Source: an uncultured Bacillota bacterium (lineage in GTDB: Bacteria > Bacillota_I > Bacilli_A > RF39 > UBA660). From it: 64,000 bases of DNA. Below the pieces are notes generated by a model. That model was not told the DNA's origin. It did not search any database and saw only the letters and a program-made list of their open reading frames with translations. Both the position numbers and the translations under genes were made by a program. The stretch lies in assembly GCA_946630315.1 (NCBI GenBank), contig CAMOYT010000002.1, positions 562 to 64,561 of the forward strand, given 5' to 3'. Positions 1-8,048 of the stretch are shown here, in pieces. Numbering within the stretch: the first letter of the stretch is position 1; every line of letters starts with the position of its first letter.

Positions 1-1
1 A

Positions 2-463
2 TCAACATCAGATTATCAATATAATATAATATCAGAAAGTGATGTTAAAAATGCAGTAGAAGAAGTATATGGCCCAAACACTTATGAAAAAGCTACTTTT
101 AATTTAGGATGTGGTGATTATACTCTTAACGAAAGTGAAAAAAATTATTATTCTAAAACTGGATGTGGTGGAACCACTGCAACATTTGTAAGCAATATTG
201 TTACTGATTATAAAGCTACTAAGAGTAAATTAGAAATTACTACTGCCTATGCATTTTTTGATGGAATGACAAGCAAGATTTATAAAGATTATAATAAAAC
301 TATTTCTTTAGATGACTATAACGGTGGTAGTACAGAAGAAACAAATGCATATTTAAAAGAGTATGTTAAAACTAATAAAGATAAACTAAATACAATTGTT
401 TATACTTTTGAAAGTACTGATGGAAGTAATTATTACTTTACAGGATTTAAAAATAATAAATAA
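2..463 (+). CDS. hypothetical exported/surface protein, C-terminal part (5' end outside window)
   Basis: The frame is open from the window edge to the TAA at 461-463; the ORF track shows only the last Met-started 65 aa. A hairpin terminator follows. The T-G-C-G-G region loosely resembles ORFs 57758-58606 and 59935-61557. Confidence 0.55.
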   Translation, partial: STSDYQYNIISESDVKNAVEEVYGPNTYEKATFNLGCGDYTLNESEKNYYSKTGCGGTTATFVSNIVTDYKATKSKLEITTAYAFFDGMTSKIYKDYNKTISLDDYNGGSTEETNAYLKEYVKTNKDKLNTIVYTFESTDGSNYYFTGFKNNK

Positions 464-471
464 TAGATTTG

Positions 472-506
472 AAAAAAGTGATATTTTAATCACTTTTTTG
501 TTTTTA
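472..506 (+). terminator. rho-independent terminator
   Basis: Stem aaaagtgat (474-482) pairs with atcactttt (489-497), followed by a T-run. Confidence 0.6.
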
Positions 507-563
507 AAAATGTCATTTTGTACTTGACTATCCTATATTATCGCTTTTCTTCCTAGAATATAG

Positions 564-608
564 AAGTGTGGAAGTGGTAAGAAATACAAACAATGCCACG
601 GAAAGTAG
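564..608 (+). pseudogene. relic 3' end of a SEC-C motif (SecA C-terminus-type zinc-binding) gene
   Basis: Nt 564-605 read K-C-G-S-G-K-K-Y-K-Q-C-H-G-K, then TAG. An in-frame TAG at 561-563 sits immediately upstream, and no further ORF lies upstream. An intact terminator follows. Confidence 0.5.
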
Positions 609-616
609 TATAAAAT

Positions 617-641
617 AAGACTAGAAATAGTCTTTTTTTTC
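617..641 (+). terminator. rho-independent terminator retained behind the SEC-C relic
   Basis: agacta (618-623), loop gaaa, tagtct (628-633), then T8. Confidence 0.6.
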
Positions 642-682
642 TTACTGTAAGTTATGTTATAATCAATATAGGAGTTGATATT

Positions 683-1288
683 ATGGATAAATTATATTTT
701 GAAATACCATCAATTAATAGAAAAGAAGATATAGTCGAATATATTAATGAATTTGCTGAATATAAATCTGATCTCAATGGAATAGGTTCATTAGATAAAA
801 TATTAGAAGGATATACTTTTGAAGAAGCTCTAGAAAGATGTTTAAATATGAAAGATAAAACCTATGCTGAAAAAGTAGGAAGATGTCCAGGAAAGACATT
901 CTTATTAATTAGAGAAAGCGATAATAAACTAATCGGAACATTAAACCTAAGATGGGATTTAAATGAGGCAATGCAAAGATTTGGTGGTCACATAGGTTAT
1001 GGAATTAGACCAACAGAAAGAAGAAAAGGCTATAACAAGATTAATCTATACTTAGGTATGATTGAAGCTCAAAAAGTAGGACTAGAACGTGTAATGTTAG
1101 ACTGTGATGTAAATAATATAGGATCAGATAAAACATTAAAAGCACTAGGTGGAAAATTAGAAAGAACAGAAATAGACCCATCAGATGGAATATTAACAAA
1201 TGTTTATTGGTTTAATGTAAAAGATACTATTAATAACTATAAAGACATATATGAACCAAATATCTATACAACTAATAAGACTAAGTAG
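683..1288 (+). CDS. GNAT family N-acetyltransferase
   Basis: 201 aa. The segment GYGIRPTERRKGYNKINLYLGMIEAQKVG matches the GNAT acetyl-CoA binding core (R-x-x-G-x-G/A type). An SD (ggag) lies upstream. Confidence 0.7.
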   Translation: MDKLYFEIPSINRKEDIVEYINEFAEYKSDLNGIGSLDKILEGYTFEEALERCLNMKDKTYAEKVGRCPGKTFLLIRESDNKLIGTLNLRWDLNEAMQRFGGHIGYGIRPTERRKGYNKINLYLGMIEAQKVGLERVMLDCDVNNIGSDKTLKALGGKLERTEIDPSDGILTNVYWFNVKDTINNYKDIYEPNIYTTNKTK

Positions 1289-1320
1289 TATAATTTACGT
1301 AAATAATACATGGAGGAAAT

Positions 1321-2082
1321 ATGATAGAAATAAATAATGTTTCAAAAGAATTTGAAAAAGAAATTGAACATGGTAAAACAATAAAATTCTATGCTGATGA
1401 TAATATCTCATTTGAAGTAAAAGATGGAGAAATACTAGGACTATTAGGACCAAATGGAGCTGGAAAAACAACTTTACTTAGAATGATTGCAGGAATAATG
1501 AAACCAACTAAAGGAGAAATACTAATAGATAATAAAAGCTATGATACAGATGAAATAGAAGTAAAGAAAAGTATATCTTTCTTATCTGGTAATACTAAAC
1601 TATATAAAGATATATCTTGTGTAGAATTATTAAAAATGTGTGCTGGCTACTATGAAATGGATAAAGAAAGTATAAATAAAAGAATAGAAGAAGTAGTAAA
1701 AAGATTTGATATGAATAGCTTTAAAGATCAAAGAATAGGCAATCTATCAACAGGACAAACACAAAGAGTAGGAGTAGCACGTTGTGTTATGCATAATCCT
1801 CATAACTATATACTAGATGAAGCAACATCAGGATTAGATATAATATCAAGTCAAGTAATATTAGACTTTATAAAAGAAGAAAAAACTAAAGGTAAGTGTA
1901 TAATTTATTCAACACACTACATGGAAGAAGCAGAAAATATCTGTGATAGAGTAGTCTTAATAAATAAAGGTAAAATAATCGCAATAGGAACTCCAAAAGA
2001 AATAGAAAAAGATACTAAGACTACCAATATAAGAGATGCCTTCTTTAAATTAATAGGAGGTGCAAACAATGAAATGGAATAA
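1321..2082 (+). CDS. ABC transporter ATP-binding protein (NatA-like, ABC-2 type)
   Basis: Walker A GPNGAGKTT, signature LSTGQTQRV, Walker B ILDEATSGLD. SD ggagg upstream. Confidence 0.85.
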   Translation: MIEINNVSKEFEKEIEHGKTIKFYADDNISFEVKDGEILGLLGPNGAGKTTLLRMIAGIMKPTKGEILIDNKSYDTDEIEVKKSISFLSGNTKLYKDISCVELLKMCAGYYEMDKESINKRIEEVVKRFDMNSFKDQRIGNLSTGQTQRVGVARCVMHNPHNYILDEATSGLDIISSQVILDFIKEEKTKGKCIIYSTHYMEEAENICDRVVLINKGKIIAIGTPKEIEKDTKTTNIRDAFFKLIGGANNEME

Positions 2083-3214
2083 TATTAAAATAACTATATT
2101 TAAAGAATTAAGAGGAATAATAAGAGATAAAAAGTCTCTTCAAAAATTAATTTTATATCCTCTATTAATACCCCTAATAATAGTATTATTTGGAGTATTA
2201 TTCGATTCAATGAATGATGCTAACTATAAAGTAGGTATTAATTATGATCTAAGTACTGAAGAAAAAGCTATTATAAAAGATTTAGATACATTTGCCACAA
2301 AGAAATATGATAATAAAAAGGAATTAGAAAAAGCTTATAAAGATGGAGATATAACTGCTTATATTATAAAGAATAATAGTATATATACTATATATACAGA
2401 TGTATCTCAAAATAGTGGTGAAATAATAAATCAAGTTGCAACTGCTTACCTAGAATCTTATAACAAAGTATTAGGAACAAAATATTTAATAAGTAAAAAC
2501 GTAGATACAACTAAAGTATATAATACTATTACTATAAAGAATGAATCACTAATAGAAGATGATTTTGATATAATGACAACGCTAGTATTTAACTTAGTAA
2601 TGACATATATTATTATGATAGTAGTAATGGTATGTGTAGTAGTAGTAATAGATGCTACATCAGGAGAAAAAGAAAGAGGAACATTAGAAACTATTCTAAC
2701 ATTCCCAGTAAAAAGTTCAGAATTAGTATTAGGAAAATACATAGCCACATCACTATTAAGTTTTATCATAGGAACAATTTCTTATCTATTATCAATCCCA
2801 ACATTGATAATAGGAAAAGAAGTATTTAAATCATATGAAGATATAGTTTTTATAAGTAATATAAGTACAGTATTATTAGTAATATTTGTAATACTATTAA
2901 GTGCTCTATTATCAGCAGGAGTATGTATGGCTCTAGCTGGTAAAGCTAAAACATATAAAGAAGCTCAATCATCACTACAATTTATAACAATACTACCAAT
3001 GATACCTTACTTCTTAAAGTTTATGGAAATAGATAATTTTATCTTTAATCTAATTCCAATTGCTAACTGTGGTGGAGCATTAAATGATATAGTAACAAAT
3101 AGTATAAAAATAGATACATTATTAACAATAATAATAACTACTATTATCTATACAGTAGTAATATTAATCTATATATCAAAACAGTATAAAAAAGAAGAAA
3201 CATTGTTTTTATAA
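2069..3214 (+). CDS. ABC-2 family transporter permease (NatB-like)
   Basis: Multi-pass hydrophobic protein that overlaps the ATPase gene. I moved the start to ATG 2069, which lies 8 nt after GGAGG at 2056-2060; the track start at 2060 is a GTG inside the SD. Confidence 0.7.
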   Translation: MKWNNIKITIFKELRGIIRDKKSLQKLILYPLLIPLIIVLFGVLFDSMNDANYKVGINYDLSTEEKAIIKDLDTFATKKYDNKKELEKAYKDGDITAYIIKNNSIYTIYTDVSQNSGEIINQVATAYLESYNKVLGTKYLISKNVDTTKVYNTITIKNESLIEDDFDIMTTLVFNLVMTYIIMIVVMVCVVVVIDATSGEKERGTLETILTFPVKSSELVLGKYIATSLLSFIIGTISYLLSIPTLIIGKEVFKSYEDIVFISNISTVLLVIFVILLSALLSAGVCMALAGKAKTYKEAQSSLQFITILPMIPYFLKFMEIDNFIFNLIPIANCGGALNDIVTNSIKIDTLLTIIITTIIYTVVILIYISKQYKKEETLFL

Positions 3215-3215
3215 G

Positions 3216-3238
3216 AGCATCAAATAGATGCTTTTTTA
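3216..3238 (+). terminator. rho-independent terminator
   Basis: agcatc (3216-3221) pairs with gatgct (3227-3232), followed by a T-run. Confidence 0.6.
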
Positions 3239-3305
3239 ATCGATTATTAAAAAAATAAGCTAAAAAATTATCATTTTATAGTATAATTTAACAGGGAGTG
3301 ATTAT

Positions 3306-4535
3306 ATGAAAAAGTTAATAGTAGGCCAATCAGGAGGACCAACAGCAGTAATAAATGGAAGTTTAGCAGGAGTTTATATTGAAGCCAAAAAGCAAGGTTT
3401 TGATAAAGTATATGGAATGCTAAATGGTATAGAAGGACTACTTCAAGATAAAATAGTAGATCTAGATGAATATTTTAATGAAGAACATAATTTAGAATTA
3501 CTTAAAAGAACACCATCTTCTTTCTTAGGTACATGTAGATTTAAACTAGGAAAAGTAGAAGATCATGAAGATTTATATGAAAAGATATTTGAAGTATTAG
3601 ACAAACACAAAATAGACTCATTTATCTATATAGGTGGTAATGATTCAATGGATACAGTAGAGTCATTATCTGATTATGCCAAAGATCATGGTAAGAAGCA
3701 AAACTTTATAGGCGTACCAAAAACAATAGATAATGATTTACCTATAACTGATCATTGTCCTGGATTTGGTAGTGCTTGTAAGTATATTGCAACAACATTA
3801 AAAGAAGTTATAAGTGATAATGCTTGCTATGGAGACACTAAAAAAACAGTAGCAATAGTAGAAATAATGGGAAGACATGCAGGATGGTTAACAGCAGCAG
3901 CTTCATTAGCAAAAGATGAGACATGTCCAGGTGTTGATGCTATCTATTTACCTGAAGTTTCATTTGATATAGATGCTTTTGTAAAAGATGTAGAAGAATT
4001 ACTACAAAAGAAATCAAATATAGTAATTGCAGTATCAGAAGGAATTAGAACAGAAGATAGAAAATTTGTCTGTGAACTATTAGATACAAATTTACAAACA
4101 GATTCATTTGGTCATAAAGAATTGGTTGGATGTGCAGATGCCTTAGGAAGAATTCTAAGAGACAGACTAGGAATAAAAGCAAGACCTATTACTTTATCTA
4201 TTCTACAAAGAGCAGCTTCCCATCTAGCATCTAAAACCGATCTAGAAGAAGCTATTGAGTGTGGAAAATTAGGAGCTAAATTAGCCTATGAAAATAAGAC
4301 AGGAAAAATGGTAGTAATGACAAGAAAACCAGGTAAAGAATATAAAATTAAGTATGAAGTATTTGATGATATTCATAAAATAGCAAATGTTGAAAAGAAA
4401 ATACCACTTGATTGGATTGATGTTGATAATAATTATGTTAAAGATGACTTAGTAAAATATTTAAAGCCATTAATTCTAGGAGAAGTAGAACAAATATATA
4501 AAGATGGTATTCCACAACATTTAATAATGAAATAA
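3306..4535 (+). CDS. 6-phosphofructokinase, PfkA family, with PPi-dependent-type signatures
   Basis: Motifs GQSGGPTAVINGS, IGGNDSMDT and GVPKTIDNDL. Asp occupies the position of E. coli Gly104 and Lys the position of Gly124. Confidence 0.85.
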   Translation: MKKLIVGQSGGPTAVINGSLAGVYIEAKKQGFDKVYGMLNGIEGLLQDKIVDLDEYFNEEHNLELLKRTPSSFLGTCRFKLGKVEDHEDLYEKIFEVLDKHKIDSFIYIGGNDSMDTVESLSDYAKDHGKKQNFIGVPKTIDNDLPITDHCPGFGSACKYIATTLKEVISDNACYGDTKKTVAIVEIMGRHAGWLTAAASLAKDETCPGVDAIYLPEVSFDIDAFVKDVEELLQKKSNIVIAVSEGIRTEDRKFVCELLDTNLQTDSFGHKELVGCADALGRILRDRLGIKARPITLSILQRAASHLASKTDLEEAIECGKLGAKLAYENKTGKMVVMTRKPGKEYKIKYEVFDDIHKIANVEKKIPLDWIDVDNNYVKDDLVKYLKPLILGEVEQIYKDGIPQHLIMK

Positions 4536-4554
4536 AGCCTTTAGGCTTTTTTTA
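4534..4554 (+). terminator. rho-independent terminator
   Basis: aaagcc (4534-4539) pairs with ggcttt (4544-4549), followed by a T-run. Confidence 0.55.
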
Positions 4555-4588
4555 TTTATGTTATAATAAAAATAATAGGAGTGATAAT

Positions 4589-5893
4589 ATGTCTATAATC
4601 GCAAGCTTTGCTGTACCTCATCCACCTTTAATAGTAAAAGAAATAGGTAGAGGTAGTGAAAATCAAATATTAAAAACAATTGCTTCATATAAACAAGTAG
4701 CAAAAGAAATAAAAGAATTAGAACCAGAAACAATAATAATATCATCTCCTCATACAAAATGTTATACTGACTATTTTTATTTATCATCAACAACTAAAGT
4801 AGAAGGTTCATTTGCAACTTTTGGAGCACCACAAGTAGAATTTAAAGAAGAAATAGATAAAGAATTAGTACAAGAAATAGAAAAAATTTCAAAAGAAGAA
4901 ACTTTTCCAGCCGGAACAATAAATGAAGCAGTAGAATTAGATCATGGTACTATGGTTCCACTATACTTTATTAGAAAAGAATATCCTAATTGTAAAATAA
5001 TAGTAATAGGAATATCACAATTACCACTAGATATGCACTATCATTTAGGAAAAATAATAACAAAAGCAGTAGAAAAGTTAAATAGAAAAGTAGTATATGT
5101 TGCAAGTGGAGACTTATCTCATAAATTACAAGAGTATGGACCATATGGCTTTATAGAAGAAGGACCAATTTATGACAAACGAATCATAAAAACATTACAA
5201 GAAGCTAACTTTAAAGAACTATTGGAATATGATGAAGAATTCTTAGATAAAGCAGCAGAATGTGGACATCCTTCATTTACTATTATGGCTGGTACCTGGG
5301 ATAAAAGGAAAGTAAAAGCAAGTTTCTTATCACATGAAGATATAACAGGAGTAGGTTATGGCATATGGACTTTCTATCCACAAGAGGATGAATATGTCCT
5401 TTTAGCAAAACAATCTATTACTTCATATATCAAAGAGCATAAAAAGCTAAAAGTACCAAATAATCTATCAACAGAACTACTTAATAATCAAGCCGGAGTA
5501 TTTGTCTCAATCCACAAAGATGGTTACTTAAGAGGATGTATAGGTACATTCTTACCAATGCAAAATAATATAGCAGAAGAAATAATAGAAAATGCTATCA
5601 GCGCATCTACAAGAGATCCAAGATTTGAACCAATTACAGAAGAAGAACTAAAATATTTAGAAATAAATGTAGATGTCTTAACACCACCTGAAAAAATAAA
5701 TTCTAAAGAAGAATTAGATCCAAAAAGATATGGAGTAATAGTAGAAAAAGACTATAGAAGAGGATTACTATTACCAGACTTAGAAGGAATAGACGAAATT
5801 GATGATCAAATAAATATTGCTAAGCAGAAAGCAGGTATATCAAAAGAAGAAGAAGTAGATCTTTATAGATTTGAAGTAGTAAGACATAAATAA
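4589..5893 (+). CDS. fusion protein: class III extradiol dioxygenase/Memo-like (LigB superfamily) N-domain plus AMMECR1 domain
   Basis: The N-terminal half has FAVPHPPLIV, SSPH, LDHGTMVPL and SGDLSHKL (LigB-like metal-site pattern). The C-terminal half has AGVFVSIHKDGYLRGCIGTF and RDPRF (AMMECR1 hallmark). Confidence 0.75.
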   Translation: MSIIASFAVPHPPLIVKEIGRGSENQILKTIASYKQVAKEIKELEPETIIISSPHTKCYTDYFYLSSTTKVEGSFATFGAPQVEFKEEIDKELVQEIEKISKEETFPAGTINEAVELDHGTMVPLYFIRKEYPNCKIIVIGISQLPLDMHYHLGKIITKAVEKLNRKVVYVASGDLSHKLQEYGPYGFIEEGPIYDKRIIKTLQEANFKELLEYDEEFLDKAAECGHPSFTIMAGTWDKRKVKASFLSHEDITGVGYGIWTFYPQEDEYVLLAKQSITSYIKEHKKLKVPNNLSTELLNNQAGVFVSIHKDGYLRGCIGTFLPMQNNIAEEIIENAISASTRDPRFEPITEEELKYLEINVDVLTPPEKINSKEELDPKRYGVIVEKDYRRGLLLPDLEGIDEIDDQINIAKQKAGISKEEEVDLYRFEVVRHK

Positions 5894-5981
5894 TTACTTA
5901 AATTACAAAAAAGTAATTAATAATTACAAAAATAAGATATAAAACACATAAAAATAAATAATAGTAGCTAACTAAAGTATA

Positions 5982-5990
5982 TGATAAAAT
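5982..5990 (+). promoter_or_regulatory. candidate extended -10 element (TGATAAAAT) for the 6012-9826 operon
   Basis: TGnTAAAAT lies 22 nt upstream of the ATG at 6012. I see no clear -35. Confidence 0.3.
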
Positions 5991-6011
5991 ATAAAAAAAG
6001 TAGGTGACTTT

Positions 6012-8039
6012 ATGAGACTAGAACGATATAAATATCTTCTTGCTTTAATAGACTCTAAAAAAAATAAAATAAGTATCATTAAATTTTTAAAAAAAGATAA
6101 TAAACTATATATGTATGATTTTTATCTACCAAAAGAAAATCAAGAACTATTAGAAGTAAAATCTATAAATGGAATAGAAATATCCTCAATTATAAATAAA
6201 GCAAATGAATCTGATTTTTATGATGATTATCAATTAAGACAATTTAATATAGATACATCTAAATCTTATGAAATAACATTTACTAATGGCAAAACAATAG
6301 ACTTATTAGATGAAAATATAGAAAGTAATATTTTTTATAAGAATCATGATATAAATGAAATTTTAGAGATGTCTGAAGATGTAGAAATAAAAGAAACAGA
6401 AAAGACCAACAATACTATGCTAGATTATGCAAGCACTAATATTAAGTCACTATTAATAATTATCTCTAAAATGCTAAAAAGCGATAAAGACAAAGAACTA
6501 TTTCAAAACTTATTTATAAATTTTAATGAAGTAAATGATAACTATAATAGCGTTAATGAAAATTTAGATATATTGCTATTAAGCACAGAATTACTCCTAT
6601 TAGGAGATAAAATAAATAATATTCCTAATTATTTAGAACTTGCTATAAAAAATAGTATGAGCTTTGATTTTGGAAGCGAAGATATAAGAAAAACAAATAA
6701 TTCTATATTAACTGAAGGAAAAATTGATTATAAAAAATTAATTATTATGATACGTAATTGTATTGCTCATTCAAATTATAAAATATTAGAAGATGGAAGA
6801 ATTAAATTTTATAATGAAGGAAAAAATAAATTAGAAGTAATTGCTACAAAAAATAATATAACAAAAATCTTTAATTATATTTTTAATTATCATTTTCTAG
6901 AAGGTGTATATCCACTAATATATTTAGGCACTTATAATAATGATAATGCACCATTTAATAAAAATACAATTAATGACTTTTTAGATAAAATAGAAGTATA
7001 TGACTTAGGTAATTATCAAATGAAACAAAGCTCTAATAGAGAAAAACAAGATAACTTAGATACTATTTTACCTATAGAATTAGCAGGAATAAAAGAAATA
7101 TCTACTAATAATATTTATAATACTTATATGGACAAAGAAGCTTTTGAAAGAAAGACAAAAGAATTAATAAAAAATCATTTAATAATAGAGGAAGAACCTC
7201 ATTTTAAAAGTTTGACTCAAGAAGATATAAATTTTATTTTCAATAATATTAGTGAGCTAGGAGAAGACTATTTTTACAGCTTATCTCAATCTTCCCAAAT
7301 AGAAGTAATTAATAATCTTATATATCAAAAATATGCTAAAGAATACTATATTCAAAAAAATATCCAAGATATTATAAGTACTAATCATTATAGTAATGAT
7401 AGCTTAAAAAATAAAGCTTCTAAATATATAAACTATAAAACTAAATTAGAACTTTTAATAACAACATTACTAAATAATATATTCTTATTCTGTTATAATC
7501 AAAATAAAAGTAATCAGGATGCATCAAGCATCATATTCCCAATGACAATATATAATGATTATCTAGAATCAAAAGTATCTACTTTTTACAATATAACAAC
7601 AGAAGCACAAGATTATAAAGTAATCTATAATATATTATTAAAAAGTGCCTCAACTCATGCTTTTCAAGAAGAAGATTTTGAATTAATAGATGATAAGATC
7701 AAAGAAACCAGAAATAGACTATATAAATTAAGAAATGATATAAGTATGGCTGATAATATAACTGCAAATAAATATAAACCAGAAGAATTAGAAAAAGTAA
7801 ATCAAGAAATATTAAAAAGAATAAGAGATTGTCTAGCTCATGGAAGATTAAAAGTAGAATTAAATTCTATTAATAGTATTGCAGAGGCAAGAATTGAGAT
7901 AATAGATGAATATAATAGCCAAGTACTATTTGAAACAACTATAACATTAGAAGAACTACTAAATACTATTAATAACCAAGATTTTATTAATTCAATATTA
8001 AATAATAATAAAAACTTTGAAAATCATAAAACTATATAG
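6012..8039 (+). CDS. uncharacterised protein with two HEPN-type R-x4-H motifs (putative single-chain dual-HEPN RNase)
   Basis: 675 aa. First motif MIR(248)NCIAH(253)SN at nt 6753-6770; second motif RIR(605)DCLAH(610)GR at nt 7824-7841. SD gtaggtg upstream. The gene is very A+T-rich and Asn/Ile/Lys-rich. Confidence 0.6.
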   Translation: MRLERYKYLLALIDSKKNKISIIKFLKKDNKLYMYDFYLPKENQELLEVKSINGIEISSIINKANESDFYDDYQLRQFNIDTSKSYEITFTNGKTIDLLDENIESNIFYKNHDINEILEMSEDVEIKETEKTNNTMLDYASTNIKSLLIIISKMLKSDKDKELFQNLFINFNEVNDNYNSVNENLDILLLSTELLLLGDKINNIPNYLELAIKNSMSFDFGSEDIRKTNNSILTEGKIDYKKLIIMIRNCIAHSNYKILEDGRIKFYNEGKNKLEVIATKNNITKIFNYIFNYHFLEGVYPLIYLGTYNNDNAPFNKNTINDFLDKIEVYDLGNYQMKQSSNREKQDNLDTILPIELAGIKEISTNNIYNTYMDKEAFERKTKELIKNHLIIEEEPHFKSLTQEDINFIFNNISELGEDYFYSLSQSSQIEVINNLIYQKYAKEYYIQKNIQDIISTNHYSNDSLKNKASKYINYKTKLELLITTLLNNIFLFCYNQNKSNQDASSIIFPMTIYNDYLESKVSTFYNITTEAQDYKVIYNILLKSASTHAFQEEDFELIDDKIKETRNRLYKLRNDISMADNITANKYKPEELEKVNQEILKRIRDCLAHGRLKVELNSINSIAEARIEIIDEYNSQVLFETTITLEELLNTINNQDFINSILNNNKNFENHKTI

Positions 8040-8048
8040 GAGGTTAAT

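Noticed and set aside
5894-6011. Repeated aattac/aagtaatt words upstream of the dual-HEPN gene. I examined them as a possible degenerate CRISPR repeat, leader or crRNA-like element.
   Set aside because: There is only one 8-bp inverted repeat (aattactt/aagtaatt) and a few 6-mers. There is no repeat-spacer periodicity and no repeat of 24 nt or more. No other intergenic region in the window contains an array either. It is more likely a weak hairpin after the upstream gene.
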